From contig NC_043005.1 of NCBI RefSeq assembly GCF_006345805.1, positions 72,788,001-72,852,000 of the forward strand: DNA of 64,000 nt, in the 5' to 3' direction. Made by a program: the position numbers and the translations under genes. The notes beneath the pieces are model-generated. The model did no database searches. It was not told the DNA's origin and worked only from the letters and a program-made list of their open reading frames with translations. Shown here one piece after another: positions 1 through 13,150 of this stretch; the stretch's first letter is position 1, and every line of letters starts with the position of its first letter. Source of the stretch: Octopus sinensis (lineage: Eukaryota).

Positions 1-467
1 ACCACAACCACCATACCATCACTAATGTTATTGTCATTTGTGATAAGACTTAGTGGTTTAGTTTATAATCTGTTTGAGTGAGTAACAAGAGCAACTTTTA
101 CACATTCAAATATTTTCTTGGAGACTTTCATAATTATTCTTCTGAATACTTTTAAATACTTTCCTAAACTTTAATTCTTTGTTATATGGACATAAAACCA
201 CAGGAGACAAGAATGGTTTCAAATTTTAGTACTGGGCCAGTAATTTTAAGAGAAGGGTAAAGTCGTTTGCACCAAACTCCAGTCAGGGCCAGATTAAGAC
301 CCATTGAGGCCTTAAGCTCTTAAAAGATTTTGGTGCCACCATATATATGTAATTCTAAATATAAACAATAATAAACCATAACATGATGTTTTTTTTCTGT
401 TTTGTTTATCAAAATGAAACAAAGCTAACGGTAAGATAGGAAAAGATGTTTATTTTATCTTTTTATG

Positions 468-889
468 CTCTTTTACTCTTTTAGTCTTTTATTTGTTTCA
501 GTCATTTGACTGTGGCCATGCTGGAGCACCACCTTTAGTTGAGTAAATCGACCCCAGGACTTATTCTTTGTAAGCCTAGTACTTATTCTATTGGTAGCTT
601 TTGCCGAACCGCTAACTTACGGGGATGTAAACACACCAGCATTGGTTGTCAAGCGATGTTGGTGGGAAAACACAGACACACAAACATATACACACATACA
701 TACATACATATATAAGCATATATACAACGAGCTTCTTTCAGTTTCCATCTACCAAATCCACTCACAAGGCTTTGGCCGGCCCAAGGCTATAATAGAAGAC
801 ACTTACCCAAGGTTCCACGAAGTGGGACTGAACCCGGAACCATGTGGTTCATAAGCAAGCTACTTACCACACAGCCACTCCTATGCCTA
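468..889 (-). mobile_element. SINE family A (tRNA head, internal microsatellite, GTAAAAGA tail)
   Basis: A box TGGCTGTGTGG and B box GGTTCAGTCC; body shared with more than 12 copies in the window. Confidence 0.9.
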
Positions 890-936
890 TTTCATATTTC
901 AAAAGGTTTCTCCTACTCTTTTCTCATTGTAAAACA

Positions 937-1163
937 TATTTCTTTACTACCCACAAGGGGCTAAGCACAGAAGGGACAAACAAGGACAAACAAATGGATT
1001 AATTCGATTATATCGACCCCAGTGGATAACTGGTACTTAATTTATCGACCCTGAAAGGATGAAAAGCAAAATCGACCTTGGCGGAGTTTGAACTCAGAAC
1101 GTAACGGCAGACAAAATACGGCTACGCATTTCGCCCGGTGTGCTAACGATTCTGCCAGCTCGC
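937..1163 (-). mobile_element. SINE family B
   Basis: GGCGAGCTGGCAGAA...GAGTTCAAATTCCGCCGAGG...GGGGTCGAT...GTAAAGAAATA pattern. Confidence 0.9.
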
Positions 1164-1629
1164 AGAGAGAGATGGCAGCTATGTGCTGGTTTTGCATGAG
1201 GAGATTGAATAGAAAAACATTGAGTGGCATCATGATGGGAGATGATAGTAGCTGGAGACTTAACAGGATTATAAGTGAGACCTAAACCTACATCTAGGTA
1301 TATATATATTTGTGAGTGTGTGTGTGTATGTGTTGCAACAACCAACAGTCAGAGAGTTGCCTACACCAACTGTTGGAGAGTTACTGCTACTGCTGCTAAC
1401 CCCTCAGCCAGTCGTTGGTGAGTTCCCTAAACCAACAGTTAGAGGTTTGCTTACACCAATGTTTGGAGAGTTGATTACACCAACAGTTGGAGAGTAACTG
1501 CTGCTGCTGCTACCATATGATCGAGGAGTTTGAGCAGGGCAACAGACCCTGTGTAACTGGACATTTCCCCAGTTGTTTTCACCTGAGGATGGGCCTTTGT
1601 GCCTGAAATATAAAGGATTTTGTAAAACT

Positions 1630-1766
1630 TTCCACATTGTTCTGGGTTCATTCCCACTGCATGGCACCTTGGGCAAGTGTCTTCTACTGTAGCTTTGGGC
1701 CAACCAAAGTCTTGTGAGTGGATTTGGTAGACAGAAACTGAAAGAAGCCTGTCATATATATGTGTA

Positions 1767-1828
<62 letters not shown>

Positions 1829-2072
1829 TATACATACATATATGTATGTAGGTGTATATGTTTGTGTGTCTGTGTTTGTCCCCCCACAACATCGCTTGAT
1901 AACCGATGCTGGTGTGCTTACGTCCCCGTAACTTAGCAGTTTGGCAATAGAGACCGATAGAATAAGTACTAGGCTTACAAAGAATAAGTCCTGGGGTCGA
2001 TTTGCTCGACTAAAGGTGGTGCTCCAGTATGGCCGCAGTCAAATGACTGAAACAAGTAAAAGAGTAAGAGTA
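1630..2072 (+). mobile_element. SINE A, 5'-truncated
   Basis: Body, (TA)n and tail match 468-889. Confidence 0.88.
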
Positions 2073-2512
2073 TAGTCAGAAGCTTTCTTATTGTCCTTTT
2101 CCCCACTTCTTCAGTAATACAATGTTTCAAGCAAACTACTATGCTGTTATTGTGGTTCATCTTGTCTAGAAAGCGAGGAGAGATTCAATTAAAATTCCAA
2201 TTAAAATAGGTATTCATTAGGTAAATTTATGAACAAATGAAAATTGGTAATGTCTGTTAGCAGAATCAGAGTGCATATCTATTAGTCTGAGTCACCCCGA
2301 TGACAACACCTCAAATTTTATATACATGTATGTATGTATGTATGTATGTATGTATTATGTATGTATGTATGTGTGTATGTATGTATGTTTGTATGTATGT
2401 ATGTATGTATGTTTGTTTGTATGTGTATATGTATGTATGTATGTTTGTGTGTGTGTATGTATGTATGTTTGTTTGCATGTATGTGTGTATGTATATATGC
2501 ATAAATATATAT

Positions 2513-2689
2513 AGGCGCAGGCATGGCTGTGTGGTGAGAAGCTTGCTTCCCAACCACATGATTCCTGGTTTAGTTCTGCTGTGCTGCTGGGTGGCATCTT
2601 GGGTAAGTGTTTTCTACTAAAGCCTCAGGCTGACCAAAGCCTTGTGAATGGACATGGCAGATGGAAACTGAAAGAAGCCCATCATATAT

Positions 2690-2762
<73 letters not shown>

Positions 2763-2989
2763 TATATATTATATATATATCTATATATATATATATGAAT
2801 ATATTTGTGTCTCTGTGTTTGTCCCCCCGACATCACTTGACAACCAATGTTGGTGTGTTTATCCCTGTAATTTAACTGTTCGGCAAAAGAGACCAATAGA
2901 ATAAGTACTAGGCTTACAAAGAATAACTTGTTCAACTAAAGGTGATGCTCCAGTATGGCCGCAGTCAAATGACTGAAACAAGTAAAAGA
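2513..2989 (+). mobile_element. SINE A
   Basis: Full head-microsatellite-tail layout. Confidence 0.88.
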
Positions 2990-3099
2990 AATTTTTTAAA
3001 ATACACAAGAGAGAGAGAGAGAGAGAGAGTGAGAGAAAGAGAGAGGGGGAGATCTTTTCCACTGTTGACACTATATGTAGTTTTTGTGAGCTATTTACA

Positions 3100-3255
3100 C
3101 TCACGGAGTGGTTGGCGTTAGGAAGGGCATCCAGCCGTAGAAACACTGCCAGATCTGACTGGGCCTGACGAAACCTTCCAGCTTCACAGACCCCAGTTGA
3201 ACCGTCCAACCCATGCAGCATGGAAAGCGGACGCTAAATGATGATGATGATGATT
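3100..3255 (+). mobile_element. RTE 3' UTR tail fragment
   Basis: GGAAGGGCATCCAGC...CATGGAAAGCGGACG + (GAT)n, shared with 21385-21560. Confidence 0.8.
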
Positions 3256-4789
3256 TCATGAGATTCTGCTTCTTAAGCTTGTCATGTTTTGGAAGGATCC
3301 CTCTTCCACATATTATGTCTTTGAGCTTTTGGCCTCACTTTGCAAAAACACTGACGCCCTTCTAATATGTCACATGTCTGTACCAGTGCAGTCTTCTTTC
3401 CTCTACACAGCATTTGTTTTCATTTTTATCCAGCTATTCAGTACACCAATTTATTTCAGTCCACTTTACATTTGGACAATAAATTTTTGTTATGATTTGG
3501 TCAGATGAGGAAATGCGGTATACATGGCTTTGTTTTCCAGAACTACTATGAAGAAACCATTCATACATTGTTTTAATAGTAATGAGGTAGTATGATAGCA
3601 GTGAGTAGGAGGCAGAGGTGGAATAAAGGAAGAGAGACAGTAATAGGCAGCTACATGCTGGTTTTTGGTAAGGATATTGAATAGTGAAACAACATGAGTG
3701 GCATGATGATGGAAGCTGGAGTTATGGAAGAGGAATGAAAGAGAGAATGAGAGTGAAATATGTTAGCAAGGAGTGATAGTAGAAAACTGAAGGTTTTAAG
3801 ACATTCAGCGGTTTTCAGACAAGTGGCTTAGTCCAAATGCTTGCAAAAGAATGGACATCATTGAAGCCTCCAATCTCAGAACCAAGGTAAAGTAGTGGAG
3901 TTATACAAGGAGCTGAGTTAAGTCTGCTGCTCAAGAACATAAACCCACCTCATAAATTTCTCCACTGTCTCTCTCTGTGTCTCTATCTGTTTGTATCTCT
4001 TTCTCTCTCTCTCTCTCTCATTTCATTGCCTGTACTGGCTTTAGTGTACTTAAGGATATGGTCAGAAACACTTGCCCAAAGTAGTCTATATTAAGATCAA
4101 ACTTGAAACTATGTTTGCAAAGCAAACCTCCTATTCACAGGGTCATGCTTGTGATCACAATCTAATTTTGATTAGGCACTGTGTGTAAGACAAATGGTGT
4201 GCAACAGACCATTTTTACATTGAACACGTTATTCATAGAGCATCCATTAGAAGCTGGTTACATTCCTTGGTCAGTGGAGATTTCTCATTAATTTAGTGAC
4301 ACAGACTGCTAAGTGATAACAAGCTACAGTAGTTTTTGATTGTCTTTTCTAGGATCCTGAGAGAATTCAAAGTAGTAATCCAATACTTAACATCCCTCTA
4401 ATTATTTTGTCACCACTAACTAACTGCATATAATATTCCCGATTTCATTACTGTGGAAATTTTAGCTTTGTTTGAAGTCCATCCTTAACTTCAACAGCTG
4501 GGTATTATTGCAATTGACATTTACAGAAATGAGTCTTGTAATATGAACCCTCCTGCACAATTGGAACTTTAAGAGATTTTTCAGAAATAATTGTCATGTA
4601 TTGTTGCTGAAATTGTTTAGTTACAGATCATCCATGTTTGAGCAGATTTGTGTTCAATGGCAGCATTTTATCTGTAATCCTCCCATCTTTTTTGGGGCAT
4701 TTCTAGAACTATATTATCTAACATGTTCTTTCCCTATTCACAATGATAGGATCCTATTTGAGGTAAATATGGATGGTATTTCTTGCAGA

Positions 4790-5022
4790 GATGGCGAGCA
4801 GGCAGAAATGCTAGCACGCCGGGCAAAATGCTTTGTGATATTTCATCCGCCGCTGCATTCTGAGTTCAAATTCCGCCGAGGTCGACTTTGCCTTTCATCC
4901 TTTCGGGGTCGATTAAATAAGTACCAGTTACGCACTGGGGTCGATATAATCGACTTAATCCGTTTGTCTGTCCATGTTTGTCCTCTCTGTGTTTAACCCT
5001 TTGTGGGTAGTAAAGAAATAGT
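4790..5022 (+). mobile_element. SINE B with 13-bp TSD
   Basis: TATTTCTTGCAGA at 4777-4789 and 5023-5035. Confidence 0.92.
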
Positions 5023-5107
5023 TATTTCTTGCAGATTGAGTGTTTATATTGAGGCTTCATATTTGCCAATCTAACATCTATTTGGCCCTGTTATATCTAT
5101 TTGGATA

Positions 5108-5440
5108 TATAATGGCTTAGTGGTTATGGTATTAAGATCACGATTGTAAGGTCATGAGTGAGGTCCCTTGTGGTACATTGCGTCCTTAAGCAAGACACTT
5201 TATTTCATGTTACTTCAGTTCACTCAGCTGGCAAAAATGAGTAATATCTATTTGAAAGGGCCAGCCTTGTCACACTCTCTGTCACACTCTCTGTCACACT
5301 GAATCTCTCTGAGAACTACACTAAGGATAATTGTCTGTGGAGTGCTCAGCCACTTGCATGTTAATTTCAAGAGCAGGTTGTTCCATTGATTGGATCGACT
5401 GGAACTCTCAATATTATTACTGATGGAGTGTCAGTTATAT
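5108..5440 (+). mobile_element. SINE family C (central GCAAGACACTTTATTTC box, tail X)
   Basis: Degenerate tRNA head; tail shared with 59160-59337. Confidence 0.7.
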
Positions 5441-6483
5441 ACAGTAATCCCTTGACTATCGCAGGTGTTACGTTCCAAAACCTCCCATAGAAGTAATTAA
5501 AATCTAAAAGCATACCAATACCTATCGGCCACAGAAACCCACAACATACTGAGGATTCACAATATGAATTTACATATATTAGCCAGAAAAATCCATGATC
5601 TACTGAATGCACGATAGGTGAACTGCTTGGTGATATGGTGAGGGATTACTATAATGTCTCAATGATACCGAGAAAAACATGAGAATCTTTACAGGATGTT
5701 TTTTGGCTGGATTCAGGAATTTGTAGAGTAAAGTATTTTATTTGTTTGGCAAAAAATACAAGCTTATAACATATTTATCAATTTATAATGTGATAAAGGA
5801 CTTAGAAATAATACATTTCTAAATCTCTCAGAGATTTATGCAGTAACAGTATGATAAAGTGATAGTATGTTGTCAACTTAATGTGACAGTCCCATGAAAG
5901 GGAAGAATGCTACTGTTATTTAGCCCTAGGAAACACCGTTTCCTTTGGACTTGACACATTTCCTGTGTCCTTATGTTGATAAAGAACTTATTGCATCCAA
6001 CAATCATCAGAAAAGAAAGCCAAAAGTGCAGGAACTTTTAGAATAATGCAGAGAAAGTGAACAGTGAATGAGTGATTTAAAAAGAAAAGGTAGGGGTGAG
6101 GGACATCAGGTGTACTTTTGGGGAATTTCAGGAAGCATATGGAAGTTTTGAAGAATGTAGAGGCCTAACAGCTAATAGAAGTTAACTTGTAGTTCTGACT
6201 GTATTTTTCTATGGAACCTGTTTGTAGTCAGTTGAACAAGTCTGTTCAGATTTTAAGTTTCTTTCCCCATAATAATGTGTAGTGTTGATGATGAGATGAC
6301 AGATAGTGGTGTTGTGGTGCTGGTTGTTAGTATTAGCCCCTTTTCAAGGTGGAAGACAATGAAGGGGTCTTTCTTTGCTTGTTCTCCATGGTCCCTTTAT
6401 TTGTCTGTTCAATCACTGCTCACCTAAGGTTAAACAACAGCAACAACAACTGCAGCAACACCACCAACAACAACAGCAACAGC

Positions 6484-6660
6484 AGTGGAGGCGCAATGGC
6501 CCAGTGGTTAGGGCAGTGGACTCGTGGTCGGAGGATCGCGGTTTCGATTCCCAGACTGGGCATTGTGTGTGCTTATTCAGCGAAAACACCTAAAACTCCA
6601 TGAGGCTCTGGCAGGGGGGTGGTGACAACCCCTGTTGTACTCTTTCGCCCCACTTGTCCC
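6484..6660 (+). mobile_element. SINE C head variant 2
   Basis: GGAGGCGCAATGGCCCAGTGG...GGTTTCGATTCC, shared with 58955. Confidence 0.8.
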
Positions 6661-7247
6661 CAACTTCCTACACAACCACTGAGCCTGGATGCTCATTCAT
6701 CCATCCATCGATGCTCTCGGTGTCAGGGGTTGACCTGCTTTCTCTTCTGCGGGTCTTACGAATAGCAAAGGACCACATTTCAGAATTCTCCCATCTTGCG
6801 ACCTCTGGGACGAAGACTGTTCGCTCAACAGCAACAGCAACAGCATCAACCACAACAATAGCAACAATAATGACTTCAAATTTTGATACAAAGCCAGTAC
6901 TTTCAGGAGGAATAAGTCAATTACATCTACCCCCAGTGTTTCACTGGTACTTAATTTGGTGACCCCGAAAGGATGAAAAGCAGTCAACTTTGAGGAAATT
7001 TGAACTCATAAAATAAAAATGGAAAAAATACCACTAAGCATGATTCTGTCACCTTGCGACCTTAATGATGATGATGATGATAATAATAATAATAATAAAA
7101 TAAGGAGAAGAAGAAGAATCTTTTCTACTTAAGACACAAGACCTGGAATTTGGGGGAGAGTGGTGTAGTTGATTACATCAACCCCAAAAGGATGAAAGGC
7201 AAAGTTGACCTTGGCAGAATTTGAACTCAGAATGTAGTGGCAGACAA

Positions 7248-7302
<55 letters not shown>

Positions 7303-7309
7303 GTAATAA

Positions 7310-7826
7310 TATGCCCTGATGCAGTACCAGGCAGTGGCTCTCGTGGCTTCTGATCTTCATTGATCAGAAGTGTTATCATGTATGTTGTTTTTTCTTGGTA
7401 TAAAAGATAGGCTACAACAAATATTCTTCTCAATACCACAGATTTGCCTGTCAGTTGCTTGACCATAACCATTTGAGCATGTCCCTTAATGGTTGACAAT
7501 ATGTGTGCCTCTGATCATGAGCAGAAGTAGTGGGGGAGCATCATAGCCATGTGTTGAGAGGAATTCTTCGGGGTTTGGATAATCCATCTCTGGAAACACC
7601 GGTGTTTTGTCCAACATGCTTAAACAACCCTTTTGATGGGCTATTTGATCTAAAGAAAATTCTAACTGGGCCCCACCTGCTAAGTCATATGCTGTTTATA
7701 TGCACTGTTTATATGATGCATGTACTTGGTGTACCCTTACCTGACAGGTAGTGATGATGGGTATATTAGGCTTCGTATATTTTACCCCAGTGTCACTTTA
7801 ATGGCACGTACTGCTCTCGCACTCAA
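7310..7826. mobile_element. Unclassified ~500-bp interspersed repeat bounded by (AAT)n
   Basis: Complex sequence cleanly bounded by AAT tracts; family recognised from memory only. Confidence 0.4.
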
Positions 7827-7857
7827 TAATAATAATAATGATAATAATAATATTATA

Positions 7858-8530
7858 ATAATATAAAGACCTTGAAATAGAAAAGGCATAGGAGTGGCTG
7901 TCTGTTAAGTAGCTTGCTTACGATACATGGTTCCGGGTTCAGTCTCACCTCGGGCAAGTGTCTTCTACTATAGCCTTAAGCTGACCAAAGCCTTGTAAGT
8001 GGATTTGGTAGACGGAAACTGAAAGAAGCCCATTGTATATATGTATATCTGTATGTGTGTGTATATGTTGGTGTGTCTGTTTATCTCCCCAACATCGCTT
8101 GAAAACCGATGCTGGTGTGTTTATGCGTTTCGGCAAATGAGACCAATAGAATAAGTACTAGGCTTACAAAGAATAAGTCCTGGGGTCGATTTGCTCGACT
8201 AAAGGCAGTGCTCCAGCATGGCCACAGTCACATGACTGAAACAAGTAAAAGAGTAAAAGAGTAAAATGTGGAATCACAAGACTAAAACAAGATCTGTTGC
8301 CGTAGGTGCCCTAGGAATGATAACAAAAGGGACTGATTTGCAGCTATCTCAGATATCGGGAAATTCAAAAATGGAAGAAATTCAAAAGATAGTGCTCATG
8401 GGAACTGCTCGTATCTTATGAAGAATATTGTGTGTAATTCCAGAAACACTTAAATCTGTAAACATTATCAAAAGTACTTTTAAATGTACTTCATAGCAAA
8501 CATCTTTTACTGTCATCTTAAGATCTCACA
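7858..8530 (+). mobile_element. R4/Dong-like (RLE) LINE 3' fragment interrupted by SINE A
   Basis: KYKDLEIE [SINE] KMWNHKT..VAVGALGMI...IQKIVLMGTARIL; starts in an (AAT)n tract. Confidence 0.75.
7884..8262 (+). mobile_element. SINE A nested in R4-like fragment
   Basis: Splits the RLE-domain reading frame. Confidence 0.88.
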
Positions 8531-8675
8531 ATTATCTTAAGATCAAATCACTTTTGAAACAACTAATTTTCTTATGTTTTGACAAACATTCTCTGGAACA
8601 ATATTCTGTGCCAAACCAAAAATATGGCACCCTAGTCATAACACCAACTTGAACTTCTAACTTGTTGTCTTTTAA

Positions 8676-9089
8676 CCCTTTCGTTACCAACCTGGCTGAA
8701 ACCGGCTCTGTTTCTGAGAACAAGTGCCTTGTTTTCATAAGTTTTGAATTAAAAATCTTCCACCAAACCTTAGTCACAATTTATGTTCCTAACACTAGGC
8801 TGAATGATAATTAAATTATTTTACCAAATTTTTAGTTGTATTTAAAGTAAATTAAAGAATGTCTCTTAACCCTTTCGTTACCAGCCTGGCTGAAACCGGC
8901 TCTGTTTCTGAGAACAAGTGCCTTGTTTTCATAAGTTTTTAATTAAAATCTTCCACCAAACCTTAGTCACAATTTATGTTCCTAACACTAGCTGAATGAT
9001 AATTAAATTATTTTTACCAAATTTTTTTGTTGTATTTAAAGTAAATTAAAGAAAAACAGCATCTCAAAATAAATACAGTAACGAAAGGG
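8676..9089. mobile_element. piggyBac-like MITE with partial tandem duplication
   Basis: TTAA|CCCTTTCGTTAC at 8676 and 8870; GTAACGAAAGGG|TTAA ends at 9089; 194-bp period. Confidence 0.85.
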
Positions 9090-9399
9090 TTAAGGTTTCT
9101 GGTTAAGACTTGGAATCAATTTGTACAAATACAAAACAGAAACCAAATATTTAACAATAATATCAGCAATCTTCAGAGTTTTACGAATTGCTCACGTCAA
9201 AAGATGTGTAACTATTAACAACAGCTAGTGAGGGGAGTTGGGAAAAAATATCATACTAAGAGATGAAAATGAAATGCATTCTTTTGATTTGAACTCATAT
9301 TCTATTAGTTCCAAGTGAAGTACTTTTATTGAGCCACACTCTCGGAACTCCATAATAAACTATAGAAATTAAGGTGTCTTCTTTTGTTTTACAGCCAGA

Positions 9400-10587
9400 A
9401 TGGTCACCATTTATCCTCTTCCTCCTCCCTCCCATTCTTTTCCACCTCTGCCTACCCCTCTGTTTTCCACTCCTCCTACTGTCATCTGCTCTCTGCCTCT
9501 CTCCCTTCCCCTTCTTCTTCTTCTTCTTCTTCTTCTTCTTCTGCTTTGCCTTCTCCCCTCTACCCCTCCTTTCTTCTTTCCCTTCTCCCCTTCCTTCTCC
9601 TCCCCTCCTCTCCTTCTCCTTGCCCTTCTTCCCCTCCTCACCCCAACTCTTCCTCCTCACCCACCTTGTTGTTGTTGCTCTCCTTCTTCTTCTTCTTCTT
9701 CTTCTTCTTCTTCTTCTTCTTCTTCTTCATCCCCACCTCTTTCTCTTCCTCCTCTTCGTTCACCTTCTATTCCCCTTCCCAACCATCAATGGCAACAGCA
9801 TCAGTGCCACCTTCATCTCACCATCACTCTCATAACCCCCACCAATATATCATCGTTACTACCACTACCACTGCTACCCCCATCATCCCACCCCCACCAA
9901 CGTCATCACCTCAGCCATTACCTTCATCCATGCCAATTTTATCACTTCTGTGGTCATGCATGCACAAGGACACTTTCTTCATAAAAGAACTATGACCACC
10001 ACCACCACCACCATCACCACTACCACCACCACTACCACCTTCACCATCATTACCACCATCACCACCACTACCACCACCACCACTGCCATCACCATCACCA
10101 CTGCTATCACCCTCACCACCACCATTACCGTCATCATCACCACCACCACTACCACCTTCATCACCACCACTACTACCACTGCCATCACCACCACCATTAC
10201 CATCATCCTCACCGCCACTGCTACCACCTTCACCACCACCTCTACCACTGCCATCACCACCACCACTACTGCCATTACCAACATCACCAACACCATGCTA
10301 CCACTTTCACCACCACCACCACCACCACCACTACCACTACCATCACCACCACTACTACTGTCATCACCACCACCATCACCACACTACTGCCACCACCACC
10401 ACCACCACCACTGCCATCACCACCACCACCACCTTCCACCACCATCTCCATCCATCACCCATTACCATTATGGTCATCTTTATTGTCAATTCTATTGCTG
10501 TTATCACTAATACTGCTTCCATCCTAATGGTCACTACCATGACCAGCATAGCTACCACTGCTGCTGCTGCTACTACTACTACTACTG

Positions 10588-10618
<31 letters not shown>

Positions 10619-10667
10619 CACTACTGGCAACATCACCACACCACCACCACTAGAACTGCTACTGCCT

Positions 10668-10710
<43 letters not shown>

Positions 10711-12410
10711 AACCTTTCTCCTCCCACTCTCATCTTTCTCCTATTCTCACCCTCCTCTTACTCTCACTCTCCTCTTATTCTTCCTCCCACTTCCCCTCAT
10801 CTACTGCCGCTTCTCTTCTTTCCTTCCCAAATATCATCATCATTGTCATCATTATTGTTGTCATCATCACAACTACCCCCTTCACTACAACCATCAACAC
10901 AATCACCACCACTACCACCACTACAACCACTGTCAACATATAACCACCACCATCACCACCACTTCATGACTACTGCCACTACCAACCATACCATCATCAT
11001 TACCACTGCATTTTATGTCATCACCAACACCAAACACCACCACTACAAACATCACCATCATCATCATCATCATCATCATCACTACTGCTTATGCCTTCAT
11101 AGTTATCACCACCATCATCAAAGATGCCACAACCCCCACCATCAGCATTTTCCTTATCATACCTTGCTGTCGACACCCCTTCCCCATAAAAACTACCACC
11201 AACCATCACCACCACCACAACCAATACCATCAACACTATCACCACGACCACTATGATCTTCACTACCACCACCACCACCACCACCAATACCATCAACACT
11301 ATCACCACGACCACTATGATCTTCACTACCACCACCACCACCACCACCACCAATACCATCAACACTATCACCACGACCACTATGATCTTCACTACCACCA
11401 CCACCACCACCACCAATACCATCAACACTATCACCACGACCACTATGATCTTCACTACCACCACCACCACCACCATACCATCAACACTATCACCACGACC
11501 ACTATGATCTTCACTACCACCACCACCACCACCAATACCATCAACACTATCACCACGACCACTATGATCTTCACTACCACCACTCCACCAATACCATCAA
11601 CACTATCACCACGACAACTCTTGATCTTCACTACCCACCACCACCACCACCACCACCCACACCAATACCATCAACACTATCACACACGACCCACATGATC
11701 TTCACTACCACCACCACCACCAACAATACCATCAAACACTCTCACCACGAGCACTATGATCTTCACTACCACCACCACCACCACCACCAATACCATCAAC
11801 ACTATCACCACGACCACTATGATCTTCACTACCCCCACCCCCACCACCACTGCCTTTAGCCCCACCACCAATACTACCATCACTACCACTACCACTACCA
11901 CCACAATTACCACCTTATACTGCCTCACTTTCACCATCACCATCACCATCACCATCACCATCACTTTTCTACAACCATTGCCACCACCACTACCACCACT
12001 ACCACCACCATTACCACTTCTACTGCCTTCACCTTTACCATCACCGCCACCATCAGAATGATTTTTACTACCCCCACCCCCACCACCACTGCCTTTATCC
12101 CCACCACCAATACTACCATCACTGCCACCACCACTACCACCACAATTACCACCTCTACTGCCCTCACTTTCACCATCACCATCACCATCACTTTTCTACC
12201 ACCACTGCCACCACCACCACTACCACCACCACGACCACCACCATTACCACTTCTACTGCCTTCACCTTTAGCATCACCGCCACCATCAGAATGATTTTTA
12301 CTAACACCACCACCACCACCACCACCACCGCCGCCACTATCACTCCTATTTCTCTCACCATCATCACCACCACCACCACCACCACCGCCACCACACCACC
12401 ACAACCATAG
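9400..12410. repeat. ~3-kb low-complexity tract (CTT/CCT then CAC/CAT/TAC triplets) with embedded minisatellites
   Basis: Direct reading; ~60-66-bp units at 11215-11830 and a ~237-bp duplication at 11819-12290. Confidence 0.95.
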
Positions 12411-12789
12411 TCAATATCATTTCAATTAGCATTTGGAATGACGAAGCAAAACGATCGAATATCAAATCATAAGGAAGACATCGAAGTTTCAGAGTAAAGA
12501 AGAGTTAAAGAAAGTGGAAAAATTTAAGAAGGAAAATGTATGAAATGGCTAAAATGTGAAATGAATGAAAACAATTGAGGCATAAAATTTGAAATAGTGA
12601 AATGGTGAAGCTATGACAAAAATAGTTGGAAAGGTAATAATGACGACCTAGTAAAGAAAATACTGAAAATTATATTGGATTAGTCAATCTGCCAACACTC
12701 GTAGTTTCTCTTAATGTTATAAAGACTGAAATATTTCAACACGAACATATTTATCAGAATGAAATTAGGCATTAGCCAGACAATAAAGA

Positions 12790-12800
12790 AAATGATGATG

Positions 12801-12878
<78 letters not shown>

Positions 12879-13150
12879 GTGGTGGTGATGATGGTGGTGG
12901 TGATGATGATGATGATGATGATGAGGGGAGGAGGAGGAGGAGGAGGAGGAGGATAATGATGATAATGATCATTATTATTATTGACTATTATTATTATTTT
13001 TATTATTATTATTATTGAAGTGATGATGATGGTGATCATTATCATTATTATTATAATTATTATTGACAGTGATTATTATTATTATTATTATTATTATTGT
13101 TGACAGTGATGCTGATCAGATGATGATGATCTTGATGATTGTAATGATAA
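12790..13150. repeat. Compound (GAT)n/(GGA)n/(ATT)n microsatellite
   Basis: Direct reading. Confidence 0.95.

Noticed and set aside
6700-6790. HDV-like ribozyme (GACCTGC/GCGGGTC hairpin followed by CGAAT)
   Set aside because: I could not assign P1, P3 or P1.1; more likely part of an antisense SINE core.
9295-12404. Long poly-S/T/H/V ORFs as genuine proteins
   Set aside because: Triplet repeats without stop codons are open in several frames on both strands; no splice or homology support.
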